Positions 62,701 through 64,000 of a stretch of 64,000 nt of DNA are shown piece after piece (positions within the stretch are counted from its first letter, which is position 1; each line of letters starts with the position of its first letter). The stretch is from the NCBI GenBank assembly GCA_046153645.1, contig JBJXGI010000053.1, positions 27,022-91,021 on the forward strand. The letters are read 5' to 3'. Position numbers and translations under genes: made by a program. The notes below the pieces were generated by a model, which did not search any database, was not told where the DNA came from, and saw only the letters and a program-made list of their open reading frames with translations. Source of the DNA: Elusimicrobiota bacterium (lineage in GTDB: Bacteria > Elusimicrobiota > Elusimicrobia > F11).

Positions 62701-64000
62701 CCATACCAGATAGGATACCCACGGAGAGCCGGGGAATAACCATAGACTGAGCGGAATCATGAGCTGAAACACCATTTCCCAATTCACACCGAAGATTAAA
62801 TACAGCTTTTCTGTGATAGAGAGTTTGGGTTTAACTTCATCTTGTATGGCATCGGTCTTATTGAAAACGTTCACGTGAAATTGAATGAAACGTTTGCCAA
62901 CTTTCCAGAAAAAGTTATTTTCGTTTAGGATGCGCGCTGACAAGCTGCCGTATATTTTGACCGCGATGGCTTTACTATTTACAGTGGTAGGATTAACAAA
63001 TAACTTTTCTGCTTTAAATAATTTATCGAGCGGTGTTTTTTCTCGAGAAAAAACCGTGAGATACTCACTCCCTTTTTCGGTTTCCACTTTCGATATTTTT
63101 GGGGATACCACAATATAGGGGACGTTGTTTTCTCTTAAGAGCTTTGTCACGTGAGGAGTGTGGAAGCCGCCAACGACCAAAACCTTCGGTTTTGGAATTT
63201 TCAAATTCCAAATATCAAATTCCAAGCTATTTATTTTTTTGGCATTTGACTTTTGAATATTGTTTGAATTTTGTGATTTGTCATTTAGAATTTCAATTTT
63301 CGATAATAAATTGAACACCATCTTCTCACTGCGAATATCCGCTTCTCGGTAGAACTGTTCGAACGGGGCAAGTTCCAGTCCCCTCTCCCTTTTAGGGAGA
63401 GGGTTAGGGTGAGGGGTAAGGTGCGAGGAAGAGCTCAAAAGCCCCTCCTCACCCTGACCCTCTCCTCCCGAAAGGGAGGAGAGGGGAACCGTTGGAATTA
63501 ATGGATTGGAGTGTTTTTTGTATTCTTCCCACTCATTTGGTGTTAGAGAAAAATCAACGAGCTTTTCTGTTAACGTTAATTGGCGACTTAAGTTTATTAA
63601 CTCTTTTTCTTCGTTCGTTTTGGCTAGTCTTTCGACTATTTCTTCTTCTAAACTTCTGACGCTTTTCAGTAAGGGTTCAGCTTTTATTCCATCAGACAAG
63701 AGCACGTAACGAATGTAGTTATTGAAAGACGGGGTTTTATCTAAAGAAATTCCTTTTTCGTTACAAAGGTTTTTTAAACCTTGATAATAAGACCCAAAAC
63801 TTAAATTCCCCATTCGGTAGGCCACGCTTTCTTTCATGAGCTCTGATATTTCTTTTTCAGATAATCGTTCCGTGAGTTTTTCAATAACGATTCGGCGTTC
63901 GGTTTCGACTTGTTTGAAGTTAAGTGATTTTTCGAGGTGGTAGGCTTCTAAGAATGTTCCTACTTCCTGCTTTGACCCTCTCCCGTAAAACGGGAGAGGG
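50710..64000 (-). CDS. Giant (>4400 aa) multidomain protein, 5' end beyond window
   Basis: Frame stays open from 63837 to the window end (PLPFYGRG..FLEAYHLEKSLNF..), homologous to the 2171-aa protein. Contains 5x116-aa repeats, Ig-like domain, SF2 helicase, SAM methyltransferase-like domain, 7 HTH-like repeats, cupin-like domain, HExxH module and several TM modules. Confidence 0.88.
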   Translation of the reverse strand, partial: PLPFYGRGSKQEVGTFLEAYHLEKSLNFKQVETERRIVIEKLTERLSEKEISELMKESVAYRMGNLSFGSYYQGLKNLCNEKGISLDKTPSFNNYIRYVLLSDGIKAEPLLKSVRSLEEEIVERLAKTNEEKELINLSRQLTLTEKLVDFSLTPNEWEEYKKHSNPLIPTVPLSSLSGGEGQGEEGLLSSSSHLTPHPNPLPKRERGLELAPFEQFYREADIRSEKMVFNLLSKIEILNDKSQNSNNIQKSNAKKINSLEFDIWNLKIPKPKVLVVGGFHTPHVTKLLRENNVPYIVVSPKISKVETEKGSEYLTVFSREKTPLDKLFKAEKLFVNPTTVNSKAIAVKIYGSLSARILNENNFFWKVGKRFIQFHVNVFNKTDAIQDEVKPKLSITEKLYLIFGVNWEMVFQLMIPLSLWLFPGSPWVSYLVWGVSAVVFSLFHPNTPFLSSKFFKLFFVGIILGSPFVFGSFMTSNSYFDSAILHSSHNALVLFLRAFSNESWLGKLGHLLPLAALIEDNAEKANKNKIRISKSGLQMDGELIFIGDPSVNVSKITKMIESEAKDKLNRKLLPNGAMEVTGEVPISGGRTITVTVVFQLGEKNVWSFNKRDVENVTILTNYALGDKLNKKNILLLQKPEAEGRTIAVKKLGLKVANELIFIGDRSKNVRQIQQMLEFKENDRFTRRLFADGTLEVTAEVPLREGKKKIISVLFQLGAKGVCSFDDKDSTGVAILANHFLGGNLTKENILLLQKVTAKDQAVMVMESGLRDGDGLVFIGSVRENTLKINKMLEFKGKDSLSRRLLPDGTLEITAEVPLRGGEKKRISVLFQLSSERIWSFDSNDSIEVAILTNHFLGVKLTKQNILLPQSPEEKVRTVKVTSLGLKANEKLVFIGNPQDIALIIREMLEFKGKDGFTRRLLPDGTLEVTAKVPLLGGQKKNISVLFKLGLQGVWSYDAKDSTEVAILTNHFFAKNLTKDNILLLQDPEVKDRAVTVAAKGLKVDDKLVFIGVTYDLVLKIKKFLEFDGKDGFTRRLLPNGTLEVIGEVSMKGGKKKNISVIFQLGFKGVWSFNPEDAPIIAQWLNLRLRPTTRSDIKALEEHELLDILWLLKSNNSRLFIQIVRRKFPHLNPAQINALVQSAIRGLSGKRAGDDVRYELDDTLTLDIDSVSPTIEKEEIFETSETLVTLKGRAPPNAQINVFGPLRLQAVVSEKGEWTLKLPLILIGQLNTFQFQVLDTENNKIGPIQTLNIQQTSALNEALSDYAEDHSELDQDLLSLNLEKNFLRYFTKNEQAGFDYLKGLVEKEKKAALKKIYQRILDKFEEVRKINPIFKEKEGDPYTLYFYQKWVLHEILTRYQGKNVLLALEQGLGKSLIVLALTLILSKPALVFSPNALTENWVRESDKFLNKPFSKLEGKQEERVQDLKDRNVSTTVNIELLRYLAGYKASEKNQVDADLLKNNLEIIRNLKDQFGFAAVDESDRVTSSNESQQVQGAKLISQNLITLLLSGTPFGNLEQAKHMLETLGIDVSNIDLNDAGAREMLQELLIDNMIRLTKDMLFETADPNIPIEDQLNTLPAKEFKAFTFKASRDQMQELKESFDSDEDPGKKRDQYKRILKKVSDAESPKSKLLDSILREKLKEKSTNKVVIFVEHREDAEILAKRYKEFGARIYMGGQADENAESYRLFREDANTRIIIGTYDSMAAGLTLPADMAILFGHNGIRNRLQAIDRIHRIGVKRHKVEIVDLVSQYDQDFLDGLPDKEKGLFGIETIDQTTIKRLEDLEFRLRLFTDGGIGSQEEIDSVEAELENLPGFRNRLNPVNPESLTLDSTEKFAEKLGFDPQGKLTQFFIAPFVTEVVSQLLPGFLEDHSKRSWQQKWIGLPLIYGGAVMGLILGIVSAVHVMDVLALMTTMLHNLSPPYSIFIELLLFSPVFKIFLVVVLFLVPIWFSAGSGHSLYNIIARIQRNRGKEGWFSLSKSKVKVAKEFKSDFRDQKLLKDVNPTAIDWKSQTNDWNISDLIYCPTTIKTANLVNEIGVVVGADAFGNFPKWVYRITHLPSKKIFYVGPDDVLQLFPEEESRVQLLRSDKEKELKSAYERFVFSGKIIHWMGLDIASKVYAIGKETELTFSDLENIDIEFQKVVQEWKKKVDGIDLGEFQVIVTDLHRLEASLRSRRLRVVPWPDVQRVLRVLRSIDEEKNEFNFQDVIFLKTIHQRLLSYQNSSILEAISWANRKATAVNIDIEAKTPAFQANLWVARWVIDHIKTNKTVLDIGANLSVLWRVYHALKETNENGDPHSIQIIDLEKDPNIYGQAPNPLRVRADISRMGSPTKQVLDEINTPKIVDGFFDSPHQVPVIAASFVLDQLEPQDLRDALREIDNLLVLPPVKEIPLNNENLDQFPLLILTSPEHAPIGNSNLDDILKEMGYEPVYIPHLIKNELNSSAKDSLKSTLGSKAAKNVEEFTSKPYHAAVYAKVRVVDPVFVKIPLARYTFRQPQKRRSQKNRKTDEKEEAQLDPSKLESLFYIESLRPTDFNISETSIIPRTTIYSLRRYRMFELNIAILSHYYEFLNVEDKNQFDAIKKAWDDDNSAFLTTDQVNFVMDRPTQLAGVDGWDYEQVLGEFNYLRRAINEYRDSYKARRLSEIYTENKTADMTATERRVQKELEEQKYSLRQIFDWEEAWRSANNGKNIIEETRDWIGQRIIQIHRAVIKLRDEKKSVSPTTVGAEIRVVYATVINFAKSLNVDLSSWDIIVEGAARVDVDDRKSQILNAVDKIKLEKGEPNLGNVAQKLGLKRHSLSGWFTNAKVDPVSLGVIPQKFDVEARKKEIVEAVAELVKEEKKPTRAAVQERIGVTTSLATMAKSEGIDLASLGVERDPVSQPVDNQKRIELIKKAVEDIIKEGNTPNVRTVAFKIGLKGQKTLSDWAERHNVDLAALGVIVKLDKTTRIKQIKKAVREIKKANGIPNAVAVKKKAGFSDATGMREWAKRNDVDLASLGVIEETKEEKEKEIRDIVAKLISEGKSPNFTAAGIALGYGATSAASALQRWAQHNGINLTALGVVDYREEGHILDRTVSLEDSLLKIRTAVEDIKSQNKRPYFAAVAAQLGYSGRGGGAALHKWLQTNEINPAALGIVYFSDTDTDSDAGSEFSNTSNPSAPGSINDKFNRFVMRAVKFFGVGTSGQLAVVGFFEGAIRQMGLYVVLPSAVLGLFKFLYLNGHLATAPPWVMSLLGIIFVGSLFIYTYLFVRHSLRYFQKRHFEKGVLTPDGLFKIRDLQVSKAATKTAWLGYKGIPFSLLGFLLLAFSSHSFWSNMGGWALVVFGMFVGAWNHAKGNKSEHSEEELHKKATSRREFLGGTVRLAAASSINPFQILSLTDLFGNKIPEWGNYLKLGMNVQDAFLKALMRYGSTEEKEGDMAHMLASHWLASTWKQENFSSVREAFSQTLSREYERIRKLIDGNDPIWMAYYREKNNVLKRMPMPFHLEGMSDPYRSSIELSFLREQLNAALLKVIAQFIPGKQLAQAKKMAEFLRRNLPPEMRGKNWRMHLLNRGIGDGDGALEVSELIRDMNLGKDDLWLDDSTLHFNSVDEKLRYRLAMGEKRNKVQIEYANKQSARLKELHKELSKPVPDKVRLKELADGFVADDKAYEVAMKQLNSQAIADHGRKKDELETFTNGMGERAIESYTREEMKRAWQDYMGEPLQGLGPDKRDSDLEILYQQIVTSQDESIKNNRYSPIEINKNELKKLVKMLISEIHTLYAGKTLVKLHPQGFLQLVITGQTRWENSGGLRFHVWDPSLPRTPEVFDGSHKHSFQSNSFVLLGEVGDTIEYTVPVTDGLSGEQIFRKYRTPLRDRITPMDELVHVRSRLSRSAPAGSRLYYPIGDFHSQKIPSGIITATLFQKYGLDENNPAIAIGPQDVPESINEMNQRIVDQEVAWRSIFKAVKELEIFYELDVNDTGSEVVTNPINLRNASLTLAVIAPVSITGLIVGLLGEGETAGLIKTVSLIVLSFFGFLWLTVFSFIRIEKYLGGTGETGPPATELAGEPSTQLNGKLKLYGFDAVSSRGIDFLEFKPKTETTPAQFVVNPFLFRLLTHPRFIVRFGTHFFLNIFLVPIHELTHAYVSKRETVAYGVQAGALVGIVLSVIYAPLVVGLVVVLVLVEVAGLIPHPNPLPLPRERGEKGSEWLSQLGAGLVNNNISDVLGEIKPFGVGQTGQAQFDNEAALIAQLSQWVKDSDFEGSLVQGLTAKIKEENKKKFNQEEIEELVEMLMALIIAKGIQVGERRSETKVSNKHLLLLKGEKSEKVTRVAVMARLMEAGLHVSTDIVVDSTETEDEVKKALTLLRKYKLLEDQSEIIFDVRVENNKFKDATISKEELASFQGQYPLIFIHGFQLAVGLSRNNQIILFPPLDVLQVNSLVDFFRSVLVAA
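51461..51499. repeat. In-frame boxC-like palindromic element
   Basis: C-CCCTCTCCCGT-GGCA-ACGGGAGAGGG-TTAGGGTGAGGG; encodes PHPNPLPLPRERG. Confidence 0.8.
54592..55900 (-). repeat. Seven tandem ~55-60 aa HTH-like protein repeats
   Basis: Consensus R...I..AV..I...G..PN...VA..IG....L..WA....VDLA.LGV repeated 7 times. Confidence 0.75.
60740..62430 (-). repeat. Five tandem 348-bp (116-aa) repeats
   Basis: FIG codons (CCAATAAA on +) start at 60968, 61316, 61664, 62012 and 62360, an exact 348-bp period; DNA similarity is visible (CCAAGGTTCCAT, CGACG). Confidence 0.9.
63196..63295. repeat. Degenerate heptamer arrays in inverted orientation, in frame
   Basis: TCAAATT CCAAATA TCAAATT CCA ... TTTGGCA TTTGACT TTTGAAT ... 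TTGTGAT TTGTCAT TTAGAAT. Confidence 0.6.
63380..63486. repeat. Two inverted boxC-like palindromic elements, in frame
   Basis: CCCTCTCCC-TTTTA-GGGAGAGGG-TTAGGGTGAGGGG (63381-63416) and CCTCACCCTGA-CCCTCTCCTCCC-GAAA-GGGAGGAGAGGG (63447-63485). Confidence 0.85.
63976..64000. repeat. In-frame boxC-like palindromic element (truncated by window end)
   Basis: CCCTCTCCCGT-AAA-ACGGGAGAGGG; encodes PLPFYGRG. Confidence 0.8.

Noticed and set aside
1361..63709. Numerous 60-145 aa antisense or alternate-frame ORFs in the track
   Set aside because: All are nested within well-supported genes and show no motifs; treated as shadow ORFs.
63835..63837. ATG 63837 as the true start of the giant gene
   Set aside because: The frame is open and homologous to the 2171-aa protein right up to the window end, so the start lies outside.

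Overview
AT-rich bacterial chromosomal segment (roughly 38-40% GC by eye), mostly minus-strand. It appears diderm (lipoproteins, ExbB/ExbD/TonB, DsbA, SodC). The giant-protein style suggests Elusimicrobiota/Omnitrophota-like bacteria, which is an inference only. The housekeeping backbone includes queE-queC, murI, an amidase, a SAM-I riboswitch-controlled thrC-like/MoaD/NIL unit, glmS, pdxJ, glmM, dacA, ftsH, tilS, a TPR-ExbB-ExbD-ExbD-TonB cluster, pfkB, gpmA, DsbA, sodC and clpB with a CIRCE box. The main interest is three paralogous large modular genes: 19127-25642 (2171 aa); 50710->64000 (>4400 aa, open past the window end); and an ORF missing from the supplied track at <1-641. They share a conserved N-terminal domain (IQD[VI]H..EG..GVD[DE]..R..M..GGFH; each partial gene shows only the part lying inside the window), preceded by a signal peptide in the two whose starts are visible. 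The two long ones then carry different cytoplasmic-type cargo (kinase-like, GHKL ATPase, SF2 helicase, methyltransferase, tandem HTHs, cupin, tandem repeats) separated by CAAX-protease-like membrane modules. Both contain in-frame palindromic DNA elements at equivalent loop positions, and both abut a DUF4143 AAA ATPase gene. No rRNA, tRNA, CRISPR array or transposase was recognised.
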